Notes under the pieces: generated by a model
Seen by the model: only the letters and a program-made list of their open reading frames with translations
Told to the model about the DNA's origin: nothing
Database searches by the model: none
Assembly: GCA_026936335.1 (NCBI GenBank)
Contig: JAPMXV010000033.1
Span: 186,001-250,000 of the forward strand
Length of the DNA: 64,000 nucleotides
Reading direction: 5' to 3'
DNA from: Mantamonas sphyraenae STR306
Lineage: Eukaryota; Protista; CRuMs
In this document: piece by piece, positions 1 to 12,572 of the stretch
How the letters are laid out: every line of letters begins with the position of its first letter
Numbering within the stretch: position 1 is the stretch's first letter
Program-made: the position numbers and the translations under genes

Positions 1-412
1 GCAGAGACGTTGGTGATGCACTGCGTGCCCTTGCGGTTGGTTCGGGGAATGCCAGCCAGACGGATGGCCGCGTCGGAGATGGCATCGAACTGTTCGTGCA
101 TGGGCGAGTGGAGGTCCTGCAGCTCATGGGTGCGGAAACAGGTTCGAATGTAGGGAGTGGCAGCACGCACAAACTCCTCAGGGTCGGTGATGTGTTGCAA
201 CGACCAGTTTTCCAACAGCTGCTCAAACACCACAGAGTCCACCTTGGACACAATCTGGTCGGGCACACGTGCACCCACAAGGGACAAGCCACCCGGGATG
301 AAGTAGGGGCGAGGGGAATCCACCATGCCACGCAGGGAAAAGGTGTGTTCCACAAATGTGCGATACGCTTGTGCCAGCACATCCTCCTCCTGCTCCTCCT
401 TCTCGCTGCTGC

Positions 413-447
<35 letters not shown>

Positions 448-1901
448 TTGCCACCATCTTCTGCCTCGTCACCGACTTCCAGGGGCATGCAGCGTCCGTT
501 GCAGACCAGATCGTGGGATTGGTAGTGCAACAGTTCCATGATCTGGGTGACGGTATCCACATACTCATCCTGTGCAGCCTGGAACACCTCTGCCAGCATC
601 TGAAGACGATCAATGGTCACCTGCAACTGATGCGACGCACGTGCACGTTCCACCAGACGGTTGATGGCCCCCTTGTAGGTGCGTTCGTCGTCTTGACGTT
701 CCATGCACATCAGTTCCAACTGGGCAGAGGCAGGCCAGTAGTCCTTGCTCTCATCGCCTGCCACAGATTGGATGCTCAGGTGTGCCAAGTGGCGGAGTTT
801 GGGCAGACGTGCCTCCAAGCCCAGCAGTTCCGTCTTGTCCAAATCCTCCTCGGCCTGATGCTTGCTGTGCAACTCACGCAGGGTCTGTGCACGCTGCATG
901 CCCAGTGTGCACTGACGCACCAGGGGTTCAAAGCTTCCCGTGAGCTCAAAGTGGTTCTGGTAGGCGTCACATGCCAGTTGGTAGGCCTGCGCGATGGTTG
1001 CTTCCAGAGCCCCCTCATCCGGTTCCTCGGTGCAATCCTTGACCCACACAATGGGCGTCATGTCACCAGGCAACGTGTGTGCGTCGTCTTCCACCTTGTC
1101 CAGCAGGTACTGGGCATAGGTGCGCCTAGCAAGCTGCAAGGAGGCCGTGTCTTCGTTATCCGAAGCCTCCTCGTTTGAGCCGGTGCCGCAGGATCGCATG
1201 GCAGCCAGGAGGGCACGTGCAGCCGAGTATTGCATGAGGTGAGCGTCGCCGAGGAAGTTCCATGCGTTGTGGACGGTGGAACCGAGGGTGAAGTTGGCCA
1301 AGACGTTGCGAAGGACAGCCACAGAGACACAGGGACGACGGTGGGACTGGTCGCATCGCATAAAGGCCATGGCAAAGCTCTCCTGCACCCGGACATTGTT
1401 GTGGAAACGAGAATCGGTGCAGGTGGCAAAGAGTTTGATCATGTTGCCCTGGCTGCTGAGCAGACCAAAGGCATTGAACAGGGCCATCAGTTCAAACAGG
1501 TTGTACTGAGACAACACCGCCTGGGCTGCATCCACGTCGTCGGGATTGTCACCAAAGGCAAGCTGGGCCACGTTGGCGGCGTGAAAGTCGCGCACCGTGG
1601 CTTGTTGGGATTCCCTCTCTTGGACCTTGCTGACGAGGGTGGAAAACGACGGGGCTACCCCCTGGTCCATGCTACGCCTGGCCACAAGGTCCCTCCATGC
1701 ATTCTTGATCTTGCTGGAGGCCACCTCTTGTTCCTGCTCCTCCGTCAACTCGCTACGACGACGGTTGAGGGTTTGCAGAAACTCGGTCATGCGCTGCACG
1801 TCCTCGGTGCGCTGTGCACACAGGTTGCTCAGATCATCGATGCTTGTGCCATTCACAAGTGTGTCAAAGAACACAGACTGGGATTTGGAAATGTATTGCA
1901 T
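1..1901 (-). CDS. DUF4071 / MAP3K TRAFs-binding (TPR-S-like) domain protein, 3'-partial (>630 aa, runs off the window edge)
   Basis: Minus-strand frame from ATG 1901 (MQYISKSQ...) reads open to position 1, so the ORF track omits it. NMIKLFATCTDSRFHNNVRVQESFAMAFMR and KDYWPASAQLELMCM...LQVTIDRLQML resemble the ASK1-type TRAF-binding/DUF4071 motifs (MIKLV...VKFHYAFALNRR and DYW..AT.LEL). Confidence 0.65.
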
Positions 1902-2006
1902 TTCCCCTTGGTTTTGGTTGGGTTGAGTGGCAGCGGCGGCACAAACACAACAACACACACACATACACACATACACACACACACATCCAGGGGGTGCTCT
2001 TCACAA

Positions 2007-3424
2007 ATGGCAGATTTGTTTCGGGAGCAACTGAATGCCATGATGGGCAGGGACAGGAACCTGTTGCCGTCGGAACGTGCGCAGCGGAAGAAGCGGTGGA
2101 GCGACAGGGATGTGTGTCCCTACTACCTTGTGGAGTACTGTCCATACAAACTGTTCAAGAGCGGACATCGTGCTGGGCTGGGTGAATGCGATCTGTTGCA
2201 CGACGACGATCTGAAGAAGCAGTATGAACGGGAGGCAAGCCCACGAGAGCGGGACGACTTGCGCAGGGACTTTGTACGCGTGTTGCAGGACGCCATGCGC
2301 AAGGTGGAACGCAGGTGAGTGAATGGGAGGACGAGGGATATGGAGACGGGGAGGGGGGTGGAGATGGATAGGAGGAGGGACTTTGGGTTGTGGACGTGTG
2401 TGTGGGGGGGGGAAATGAGGGAGAGGGGTGGAAACTGACGCATGCCTTGCCCTGACAACCACCCACACACACACACACACACAGGATCCGAGAGCAGGTG
2501 AACCGAAGGCAGGACACGATTGGAATGAACGAGAAGCATGCAACACGGAAGCAGGTGCCTGCAGAGGTGGGCACCATGCGTGCAGAGGTGGCAAAGTTGG
2601 TGGGCCAGATCCAGGTGGAAGGTGAGGCCGGGAATGTGGAGAAGGCGCTGGAACTGCAGGGGAAGGTGGAGAAGCTGCAGGAGGCCATCACACAGTTGAT
2701 TGAGGAGGCACCGGAGGTGACCATCAACGACAACAAGATGGATGTGTGTGAGGTGTGTGGAGCATTGGTGTCGCAGAGTGACGGTGTGCGGAGTGCAAGC
2801 CACGAGGAAGGACGACAACACCAGGGGTATGCACAGATCCAGGCCACACTGGACAAGTACAATGCGGAGGAGAGGGGGCGTGGGGGTGGGGGTGGGGGAT
2901 ACCATGGGCAGCAGCAGCAACAGCAATCGCAGCAGCAGCAGTACCGGGGGGGAGGATATGATGACCACCACCATCGTAGGGGACGGGAGTGGGACAGGGA
3001 CCGCGAATGGGATCGGGATCGGGATAGGGATCGGGAATGGCGACGACCCTATGATGACGCACGCAGCAGCAGCAGGGGGGGATACGACCGTCGAGGACCA
3101 CCTCCGCCTCGATACAGAGAGTACAGTCCGGAACGGGAACGGTATGGTCGGTCCATGTATGGAGACACAGGGGCGTATCAGCGACGGGAAAGGCGTCCTT
3201 TGCCAGGGACGACCAGCACCACCAGCTCAAGCTCCAACTCCAACTCCAATTCAAGCTCAAGCTCAAGCTCAGTGCAGAGTGGAGGGGAAGGGGGGGACAG
3301 TCGCAAGAGGGAACGCCCTGTGGTGTTGGCCGAAGATGGGGAGGAAGGGCAGGTGGTGTTGGAGTCAGACACCAAACGCACACGGGTGGCTGTGGAAGGG
3401 GGAGAGGAAGGAGAGATCGCATGA
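2007..3424 (+). CDS. LUC7: LUC7-like U1 snRNP splicing factor; exons 2007-2314, 2485-3424
   Basis: CPYYLVEYCP...ECDLLH zinc finger 1, CEVCGALVS...H...H zinc finger 2, RD/RE-rich tail. The GTGAGT...CTGAC...ACAG intron joins the exons in frame. Confidence 0.92.
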
Positions 3425-3452
3425 AATTGGAGACAGAATCAAAGAGACCAAG

Positions 3453-3458
3453 TTCATT
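3453..3458 (-). terminator. Candidate poly(A) signal AATGAA for the Cramped/TKI1-like gene
   Basis: AATGAA on the minus strand about 104 nt after the stop; the same hexamer recurs at six other gene ends. Confidence 0.45.
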
Positions 3459-3561
3459 ATGATGATGATGAGGAGGAGGAGGAGGACACACGCTGCCGTT
3501 TGGTGTCACCGTCAACCCCGTGGGTGGGTGGGTGGAAGGATTGGATGCATTTGCGCAAAAG

Positions 3562-4856
3562 TCAGATCAGCGACTTTGAGTCTGCGTTGAAGACGGGTTT
3601 GTGCTTGGATGCGTCGTAATGGACCATTCCCACATCCATGGTCTGTACAGTGGAGGGTGGGAGCATGTCTGAGGGTGGGACAAGGTCCAAGGCGCCGCCA
3701 AAGAGCGAATCGTCGTTGCCAGAGGCCAGCATGCTGGCAAGGAGTGAGGATGCCGTGTGAGGAGTGCTGCTTGTGGAACTGCTGCTGCTGCTGCTGCCAT
3801 TGTTGCTGTGGATGGACAGTGCTTGGTGATCTTGTTCCGAGGTGGCCCAGTCGTAGTAGAGATCGAACGAAGGGGGAGACCCCAGGTAGCGATGGACCAC
3901 CTCTGTGGGCACCTTGTCAGATGCCTCCCACACCTGTTTTTCACGCTGCAATGGACTGTCCCTGCTGCTGCCGCTGCCCATGCCAGAGGCGTCTGCGTTG
4001 GTGGCGTGCGGAGGACTCTTTGCGCTTGCGTAGATGCGGATGTTGCTCGAGGCAATGCAGCGTCCATCCACCGTCCACTTTTTGGTCAGATAGTCCACCA
4101 CAGTGGAGATGGGTCGCCATGCACGGTACGTCAGTTGCACAAGCGGGGTAAAGTTGTGATGCGTGACCACCGCCCGAGCTGCCTGGTTCCTGGGAAACAG
4201 ATTCACCACAAGCTTTGTTGAGTTCTTGCTGCGCTTCTTCTTGCGCGACGACGACCTGTGTGACGATGACGACGATGATGACGATGACGATGACGATGAC
4301 GATGATGATGATGATGTGGAGGTGGTGCTAGCTGCCGTCGTCGTCGTTGTCATCGTTGCAGGGGTGTTCACTGGAGTTGACACAGACGGGGTGGATGCCA
4401 ATGACAACCCCGAATCCACCACAGGACTGTCCATGTTGTACACAGACACACGCGAGTCGGAACGGGGCAGAGAAGGCTGCACCGTGGAGGCAGCAGGTGT
4501 GCTCATGCCCTGCTCGTTCATCCCTCCCACACTGTTGCTGTTGTTGCTGCTGCTCGCTCTCCTGTTGATTGTCAGCGAGGTCAACTTGGCTCGTGTGGGT
4601 GACACCTCCTCTCGCGGTGTGGGTGGGCTTGCTCGAGACACTGCTGGCGACGGCGCGGCAATCGAGTCGCCCATCCTGGCCATCATGCGTCGTTCCGCCT
4701 CCTGCACCAACTCCCGTGTGCGTGTGTCACCCAGCTCCTCTTGCATCACCTCCAGCAGAAGCCGTTGCGTCGTGCGCAGAAACATGGCCTCAGTGCCGCT
4801 GAATCCTGAGCCGGTTCCTCCAACAACAGCACCACCGGCACTGCCGCTCTCCAACC

Positions 4857-4891
<35 letters not shown>

Positions 4892-5807
4892 CCAACCCCT
4901 CCGCTGTTGCTCATGGTATCGGGAAAGGGCAGGTCAGGCGTCCGCTCGTTGCGCAGAGTGCGCACAGCTGCGTCGGTTGGATCCCAGGCATTGTTGCACA
5001 GCTGATCAGCAAGATGCTTGCTCAGCAGCGTCCGAAAAGTGACTTCGCTCTCCCACGCTGCCCTGGGCACGTTGCTGAATTCCTTCTGTGTGGACGGGTA
5101 GTTGCGCACGGTGGTGTCCCATTCGTGGAATGTGGCCACGCACATCCACTGGTTGCTCTCGTTCAGCGCGTCAAAGTCAAACGCAGCCCCTGATGAGCGA
5201 CCCGGGTGTCAGTCTCTTTGGCCTCTTGCGCACGCATGCCCTTCGCCTACACTGCACTTACCTCGCAACGCTGCTTTGGTGTGTCGCTTGATACTCTCTA
5301 CATGTGTGCGCACCTGTGTGGAGGCCGAGTTAGCGATGGGGCGTGGGGGGGTGCGCACAAAAAAAAAAGCGCGGGAAAGCTCGAGCAGGTGCACTTTGGC
5401 GCGCTTTTTGGACAACGCACCCGTTCGCCGTCGTGATAGCTGCCATAGAGCTGCTCGATGGTCCAATGGGTCTGCCCCATAGTGGACATGCGTTCGAGCA
5501 GTTTGTGTTCCTCGATGAGTGACCATGCCTGTTGTGGCGGCGACTCGCTGAGAGTGCGTGTCCGCCTTCGTTTAGCCTTCCGTTCCTTGGCGTCGTGGCT
5601 CTTGCCCATAAACAGGTCCAACGTGGCCGACGTTTGCGCCATCTTGGCAGGCATGGGGTCACTGCGCCGTGTCTGTGTCGTGGATCCCCGATTGGCCACA
5701 CCCCCTGTGCTGCCACTGTCTGCTCCTGTACCCGCCAACACCTCATCCATGTCCAACGCTTCCCCCTTGCGTTTGCGTCCGCTTTCCGTTTCCACACTCA
5801 TCCTCAT
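3562..5807 (-). CDS. Cramped / TSL-kinase-interacting protein 1 (TKI1)-like SANT protein; exons 5807-5421, 5313-5262, 5189-3562
   Basis: SANT-like WSLIEEHKLL...VRTHVESIKR; KLVVNLFPRN...FTPLVQLTYRAWRPISTVVDYLTKKW matches the TKI1/CRAMP1 conserved block. Introns GTGCGT..CTAAC..CAG and GTAAGT..CTGAC..CAG restore the frame. Confidence 0.75.
5369..5404. promoter_or_regulatory. Pair of E2F-like motifs (TTTCCCGCGC on minus, TTTGGCGCGC on plus) in intron 1 of the TKI1-like gene
   Basis: Two TTTSSCGC matches within 36 bp; function is inference only. Confidence 0.25.
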
Positions 5808-5941
5808 TTTTTTTCCTCCCTTCCAAAATCCCGGGAATTTCCTTGGCGCCGATGAGGCAACTCAATCCTCGTCTCCAAACGCCACACAGGAGGACCGGGT
5901 CGCTCACACACCCACACACATACGCATACATACACATAGGG

Positions 5942-6932
5942 ATGTGGAGTGCACGTAGGTACGACCCCGTGGTGGCGGGCAGCCTGGACGGATCGGTGGG
6001 CAAGGCACACGACAAAGCGTTGGTGCGTGCCTTGTTGTGGCAAAAGGATCATGCACGCAAGGGCACACGCAGGTGGAAGCAAAAAGACCTGCTGACTGTG
6101 TTTGTGGCACGGATAGGACGTCATGTGAGGGAAGAGGTGGTGCGTGAGAGCATGGCCCAGTTTGGGCAACTGCAGGAGTTTCGTTTGGTGTGCGACAAGG
6201 AAGGCCGTTCCAGAGGCTATGCCTTTGCTGTGTACAAACACGCCGCCAGTGTATTGCGAGCCCATGCAGCTTCACGCACCCTACGCATTGCCACCAAGCG
6301 TGTGCTTGTCGACTTCTGCCGCAAAGCACTGATGCCCCTGTGGGTGCCCCGTCGACACGGTACGTTTCCCAAATCGCCCTCCCCTCGCACCGATGCCAGT
6401 ATTAACACACCCATTCGATGTGTGTGTGTGTGTGTGTGTCCACATACTACCCATTCGATCAGGTGGTGGACTGGGTGGACGTATCGAAAGCGGACAGGTG
6501 CGTGCTGGTGGCGGAGCGCGTGCGTTTGTGCCCCTGCGTGGCGAGGACGAGGACCAACACAAGCGAGTGGCTGTACACAAACAATTGGTGGATGCTTACC
6601 AAGGCACAGGGCTGCCTCCAGAGGTGTATCATGCCCTGCGCAGGCTGCAAGAGACGCAGGAACGGGCAGAACGCAAGCGTTCTCGAGACGCGTGGCAGCG
6701 CGATGAACAGACAAGTGTACATAGGCATGTGCAGGCACAGAGAGGACGATGGCACCATGAGCAGCATGAGCATGTACACCATCATGATGATGGTGGTGAT
6801 GATGATGATGATGTGGAGGAGGGGGAAGTGCGTGTGGCTGGGAAACGACAACGCATCATCATCCCTCCCAACACGAGAACCATGGCAAGGGGACGAGATA
6901 CGCCCGACACACATTCCTCCACAGGGCGTTGA
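5942..6932 (+). CDS. SNRNP35: U11/U12 snRNP 35 kDa protein; exons 5942-6359, 6463-6932
   Basis: YDPVVAGSLDG...HDKALVRA N-terminus, RRM (SRGYAFAVY), and WVPRRHG|GGLGGRIESGQVRAGG signature across a GTACGT...CAG intron. Confidence 0.88.
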
Positions 6933-6959
6933 TGACGATCATTGTGTCATCGTCACCAG

Positions 6960-6965
6960 AATGAA
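6960..6965 (+). terminator. Candidate poly(A) signal AATGAA for SNRNP35
   Basis: About 28 nt after the stop codon; recurrent motif. Confidence 0.45.
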
Positions 6966-7014
6966 CTTGCATGTTCGCATGTGCAACCACCGAAAACCCA
7001 CATACACACACAGA

Positions 7015-7460
7015 ATGAGCTGGAGGGCCGCACGTCTGACCTACACAGAGTACGCCAACGAGTGCGCATCACTGCTGCGCAACGTGCTCAAGGAGCCTGC
7101 CAAGACCAAGGCCTTGAACAAGGAGGTGCTTACGGTGACGCGCTCCATGTGGGAGAGCGGCAAAATCACGGAGAAGAACGGTGAGTCACATTTGGCGGCC
7201 CGGGTCCACGGCGCACAAGCAAGGCCCCCGTACAAGCGCAGGACAGGCGGACGGCACGCATGCTGGACATGTGTACTACAGTGTGCATGTGTGCCACCCA
7301 GTCGTCCATGTCTGCGTGTGCAAGTGTGTGTGTGTGAGGCGTGGATGCCCCCAGGCACGGAACTGACGCGCGGCATTTCCGACTCTCCTTGCGTTTTCCC
7401 CTCCCTTCCCTCGCAGTGCCCCTTGTGCGCAAAGGACTGAACGGATCGGCGTCAGGGTGA
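7015..7460 (+). CDS. ATP5F1E: Mitochondrial ATP synthase F1 epsilon subunit; exons 7015-7180, 7417-7460
   Basis: MSWRAARLTYTEYANECASLLRNVLKEP...WESGK is the epsilon signature; GTGAGT...CTGAC...GCAG intron. Confidence 0.9.
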
Positions 7461-7567
7461 CCCAAATGGAATCTATTCATGAACATACGCTGTCCTGTGA
7501 CGTGGGTATGTGCGAGCAGGGCCATGCAGCTGTCCTCTCGGTGGGAGTCATGGACCGCCGTGCCCCA

Positions 7568-10500
7568 TCACCCATCCGACAATTCGCCGGCGAGGACACC
7601 CATGCAACGATCACACAGCTCGTATTGGCCCTGTGGCAACTGCAAATCCCTGCTCTCCACATATTTGTGGCCACTGTCTTGGGTGTACTTCCAGCAACGC
7701 ATGCACTTGTGTCCATGGGCCTTGTCCACAGAGACCCGGACCTCTTCACGCGGCTGCTCGCCAGGGGCAGTCACCTTGAGAGCCACCTGGGAGGTGTTGA
7801 ACAGTTCGCACAGTGTGTGTTCGTCCACCTGCAACTCACGGTGCATGCTACGATGCATGTGCACAGTCACACGTGCGTCCTGGGAGTGACCAATCACCCC
7901 CGCCTGTCTTGCCTCTTCCAACGCACGCATCACCTTCTCCTGCAACGGTTGCAATGCCACAAACTGTTCCACACGTGCCTGCACGATGCGTGCCGTCGTT
8001 GCATCCTCCCTGTCCTGCAGCAAGCCGTCCTGTTGCCGGCCATACTCGTCCCACGTCTGGTGGAAGAGACTGCTCACGTGTCGTTCGTCACTCTGCATGT
8101 CCTCCAATCGGTATTGGTAGATCTCTTCGGCAGTGTGGCATGTGATGGGTGCAATGGCCATGGTGAGGACGTCCAGGGCAGCGTCGAGCACGGTCTGTGC
8201 AGCACGACGGCTGGGATGGGAGCGACGGTGGCTGTACAGACGATCCTTGGCACGTTCAAAGTACAGATTGGAGAGGTCGGTGGTCACAAAGGACATGATG
8301 GCTTGGAAGGCCTTGTTGTAGGCCATGTCATCGTAGTGGGTCCTGATGGTGTGTGCAAACCGTTGAATCTTGTCCAGCATCACACAGTCCAACAGGGTCA
8401 TGTGGGCCACGGATACCGCATGCTGGTCCGCACGGAAGTCACTGAGGTTGCCCAGCATGAACCGGGCTGTGTTGCGGATGCGACGCATGTTCTCGCCCAC
8501 CTGGGCAATGATGTTGTCTCCCATGTTGACGTCGCGTGTGTAGTCCACAGAGGCCACCCACAGACGTAGCACATCGGCACCGTAGGCCGGTTGTTCCTTG
8601 CGGTCGGCGCCTCCGTTGACAATCAGCGAGGGTTCGATCACATTGCCCAGGCTCTTGCTCATCTTCTGACCCCGTTCGTCAAGCACAAAGCCATGGGTCA
8701 CCAGACGTCGGTAGGGGGACACCGCCTGGGTGGCCACACTGGTCAACAGGGATGATTGGAACCAGCCGCGGTGTTGGTCACTGCCCTCCAGGTACACGTC
8801 GGCGGGGAAAGGATTGCCCTCGGGCACGAAGGACGGCATTCCACGACGACCCCGAGTCGAACCACACATCCATTGTGTCGGTGCCACGACGGAACCTGTC
8901 CCCATGCATGCCTGCCTCCTGACGCAGGTGTGGTGGCAGCAATTGCTGGAGATCCATGGTCCACCACACGTCGCTGCCGTGTTTGGCAACCAACGAGGCC
9001 ACGTGGGACATGCTGGCAGCATCCAACACAGGTGCATCGTCATTCTCCGTGTCATAAAACACAGGGATGGGCACTCCCCATGCACGCTGTCTTGAGATGC
9101 ACCACGTCGTGCGTGACTGCAACATGGCGTCCAATCGATCCAAACCTTGCGCGGGAATGATCTCCACCGAATCGAGAGCAGCCCGTGCCGGCGTGTACAA
9201 CTGTTCCACAGTGGCAAACCACTGCTGGGTGGCACGCAGGATCACCGGTTTCTTGGAGCGCCAATCGTATGGGTAGCTGTGTGTGTACGCCTGTGTGCCT
9301 GCCACCGCCTGGGCTGCCTGCAGCATGGCCAACACCGCCTTGTTGCCCTCCTCCAACACAGGCAACCCCACAAGGCTATCATGGCCCACGGCTTGGGTGA
9401 ATCGTCCCTCCTCATCCACCATCGAATGCAAGGCCACACTCTCCCTGTTGCGTTGACCCAGCTCAAAGTCCTCGTTTCCATGTGCAGGTGCCGTGTGTAC
9501 CACTCCACTGCCCGTGTCCATGGTCACCATCCCATCGTCTGCCAACACGTTTGCCTCCCGTTCCGGGTACATGGGATGCGTGTATCTGGCCCCTGCCAAT
9601 GCTTGGCCTGGAAACGAGGCCAACACACGCGGGTGTCCACCCACCGCCGCTGCCACGGCCTCCACACGCTCCTGTGCCACCACATACACCACAGGCGAGG
9701 GTGATGAGGGGGAGGAGGAGGAGGAGGATGTGGTGGGGACAGCAGCAGAGCCACCCTCCTGCCCGTTGGTAAACTCCACCAACACATAGGGATCACTCTG
9801 GCTGACGGCAATGGCCCCATTGGCAGGGATGGTCCATGGGGTGGTGGTCCATGTGAGGGCAGCCAGACGCTGGCCCGGGCGAAGGTGAGTGGAACGCAGG
9901 GAGGCCAGGGAGTCGGGGAGGTGTGTCAGATCAAAGGAGACGTAGGCACTGGTGCTCACGTGTTGCTCATTGTACTCCAGTTCCGACTCGGCCAGGGCTG
10001 TTTGTGTGCTGGGCGACCAGTAGACGGGTTTGAACCCGCGGTAGATCAGGCCTGCCTCCACCATGGATTGGAACACGCCCAACTGTGCTGCTTCGTATCC
10101 CTTGTCCATGGTCAGGTAGGGTTGCGTCCAGTCGCCCATGACGCCCCACCGGCGAAACTCGCTGGCCTGCGCTCGCACCGCCCTTTCCGCAACTTTTCGT
10201 GCCTTGCGACGCACCCGCATGGCCATTTCTGGCTCACGTGCCTCGTTGATGCTCAAGCCTGCCTCTTGGATGGCCAGTAGCTCGATGGGCAGACCGTGGC
10301 AATCCCAACCGGGCGTGTACGACACCCGCTTTCCCAACAGCAGCTGGTACCGGTTTGTCATGTCCTTCAGGATCTTGTTCATGGCATGACCGCAATGGGG
10401 CACTCCATTGGCATACGGTGGTCCGTCGTGCAGCACAAACTCCTGTGCACCGGCACGCTCGCGCTGCTGCCAGGCGTACAACTCGTCCGCCGCCAGCCTC

Positions 10501-10805
10501 TGGAACATCACTTCCCGCTCGCTGGCGTTGGCGCGCATGGGGAAGCCCGTCTGGGGCAGGTTGAGACGGTAGTCCACACGCTTCTGCTTCTTCTTGTTCT
10601 TCTTCTGCGACGCTTGCTGTGTGCCCACTGCGTGGCTGCTCGCAATGCGACGCACTCCAGACGCCATGGCCACTGCCGACGCCGGCGTCGTCCACGTGAC
10701 GGCACCGTGCATGGCAACCACACCAGCAGAGCTGAGCCTGCTGCTACTGCTGCTACTGACAAGTGCAGCTGCTCCGGGAGCACGTGATGTGACACGAGAA
10801 AACAT
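7568..10805 (-). CDS. IARS2: Mitochondrial (bacterial-type) isoleucyl-tRNA synthetase, ~1,078 aa, with one extra base at ~8804-8810
   Basis: LHDGPPYANG, HCGH (HIGH variant), GWDCHGLPIE, WCISRQR, YLEGSDQHRGWFQSS, KMSKS, C-terminal CMRC...CDRC zinc site, Ser/Arg/Ala-rich presequence. Two overlapping ORFs join by removing one base. Confidence 0.93.
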
Positions 10806-10866
10806 CGAGCGAGCAGAGCTGATGCGGATGGCGCAGGAGCAGCATGACTCAGTTCAGGTGTTCCAT

Positions 10867-12533
10867 TCATTGTTGGATCCCACATCCAATTTGCAACTCC
10901 ACCTGCACCAATTGCGGCCATACAGTGTCGACGAACCGTGTGGCATCGTCATCTCCTAACGCAGCACGCATCTCACGCTCGATTTTGCCAGCACTTGCAT
11001 TCTGCTGTACCAGTTCCAGCACAAAGGCGCGCAGATCTGCATCAGGCGCCCCAAGCAACGAGGCCACGGCAGCATCGATGTGTGTGTTGATCATCGATGC
11101 TGCTGGTTTGACGCGATGCCACAGGACAGGGATGGTGCGTGCCTGCTTGGCGTCTGCTGTGTGTGCTTGAATGATGGCTCGCATCCGCTTCTGTGTGTCC
11201 TCTGCATGACTCCTGCTCCTTCGTCCTCCACGCGACGCCGTCGCTTCTGCTGCCGCCGCCGCTGCTGCCTCTCTTTGCACCTGTTGCACCCTCTGAGCCA
11301 CGGCCTGTTCCTTCTCCTCCTCGCTTAGATCCAACTCCACCCATTCCTGCTGCTTCCTCGACGCGGACAGATCTGCACCGCTGCCCAAGGTTATGTCCTG
11401 GCCAAACCCACTTGCAGCCTTGCGTTTGGAGCTGCTTCGGGTGCCTGACAGAGTCAGTGTGATGCCTGTCGTCTTTGTCTCGGGAGGGTCGGAGGCATCA
11501 TCATCATCATCATCATCGTTGTCATCGTTGTCATCATCTGGCTGCTGTTCCTCTTCCATCTTGTCCTCTCCCTTGCCCTCATTCTCTTTCTTCCCTTCCT
11601 CTTCCCCCTTGGCCCCCTCTCCTTGCTCCACATCCATCCCATCCTTCTGTGCAGCTGCTGCAGTGTTGGCCTGAGCAGCAGCAGCATCCGTCGTTGCCTC
11701 TTTCAACTCGGCCATGGTCTTTTCATACGCCTGTTGCATCTTGATCAGCGTCTCCCCATCCAAAGTACCTTGTGTGGACGACGACGACGATGCACGCCCA
11801 GCATCCTGTTCCTGCTCCTCCTCCGCACGGTCCTTTTCGTCAAAGGCTCTCTCTCTGGCCAGTTCATCCGCACGCTGGTATGGATCAAAGCGTGCCCCTC
11901 GCCAAAGATCCGTGCGCATGAGTTGTACGTTGTCACGTTCGTCGTCATACGAGCCGTTCTGCTCCACCAGTTTGCGTTCCAAAGCCTGTATCCGCGCCTG
12001 TTCCTTGTCCCCCTCTGCACACTGTGCTTCCCATGCCGTCTTTTGCCTCTGCACATCATGCAGCAAGTCATTCCACCTCATCAGCTCCTTCTCATACATC
12101 TCATCCAGATCCCTCTTTCGTGCCTCTGGATGCCACATCATCATGCGCTTCCGTGTGCGGTGGCTGATCTCCGCCTCCACCAGTGCTCGCACAGGGTCTT
12201 TCTCCTCCTCCTCCTCCTCCTCCTCCTCCTCCTCCTCTTTCCCCTTCCCCTTGTCTTTGGTATCCGTGTCATTGCGTCTGCTGTGTTGTTGTTCCTGTCC
12301 CTTGCTTCCCTCCTCCACATCCATGGCATTGCTCTGCACGCTGTGCTTCTGATCCCCGGCCTGCAGCGTCTCGCCAGCCTCAAACGCCTGTCCACGCACT
12401 GCCACCCCTGGTGCCACCTCGACACGTGTCCCCACGGTTGCTTCGTAGTGTTCCACCTTTTTGCGTGCATACTCCCGTTTCGCCTGGGCCTCCCGTTCCT
12501 CTTGCTGCTGCGCGCTTTCCACTCCTTCCCCGC

Positions 12534-12572
<39 letters not shown>

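Noticed and set aside
96-2318. Long plus-strand ORFs 96-1178 and 1230-2318, and similar ones such as 16966-19659 and 55471-57681
   Set aside because: Antisense shadows of real genes caused by codon bias; only 2007-2314 is real (LUC7 exon 1).
6409-6459. 11-bp direct repeat ACCCATTCGAT flanking a (TG)n tract in the SNRNP35 intron
   Set aside because: No mobile-element hallmarks; probably a local slippage duplication.
7230-7320. Possible long hairpin in the ATP5F1E intron
   Set aside because: Explained by CA/TG-rich composition; no snoRNA boxes.
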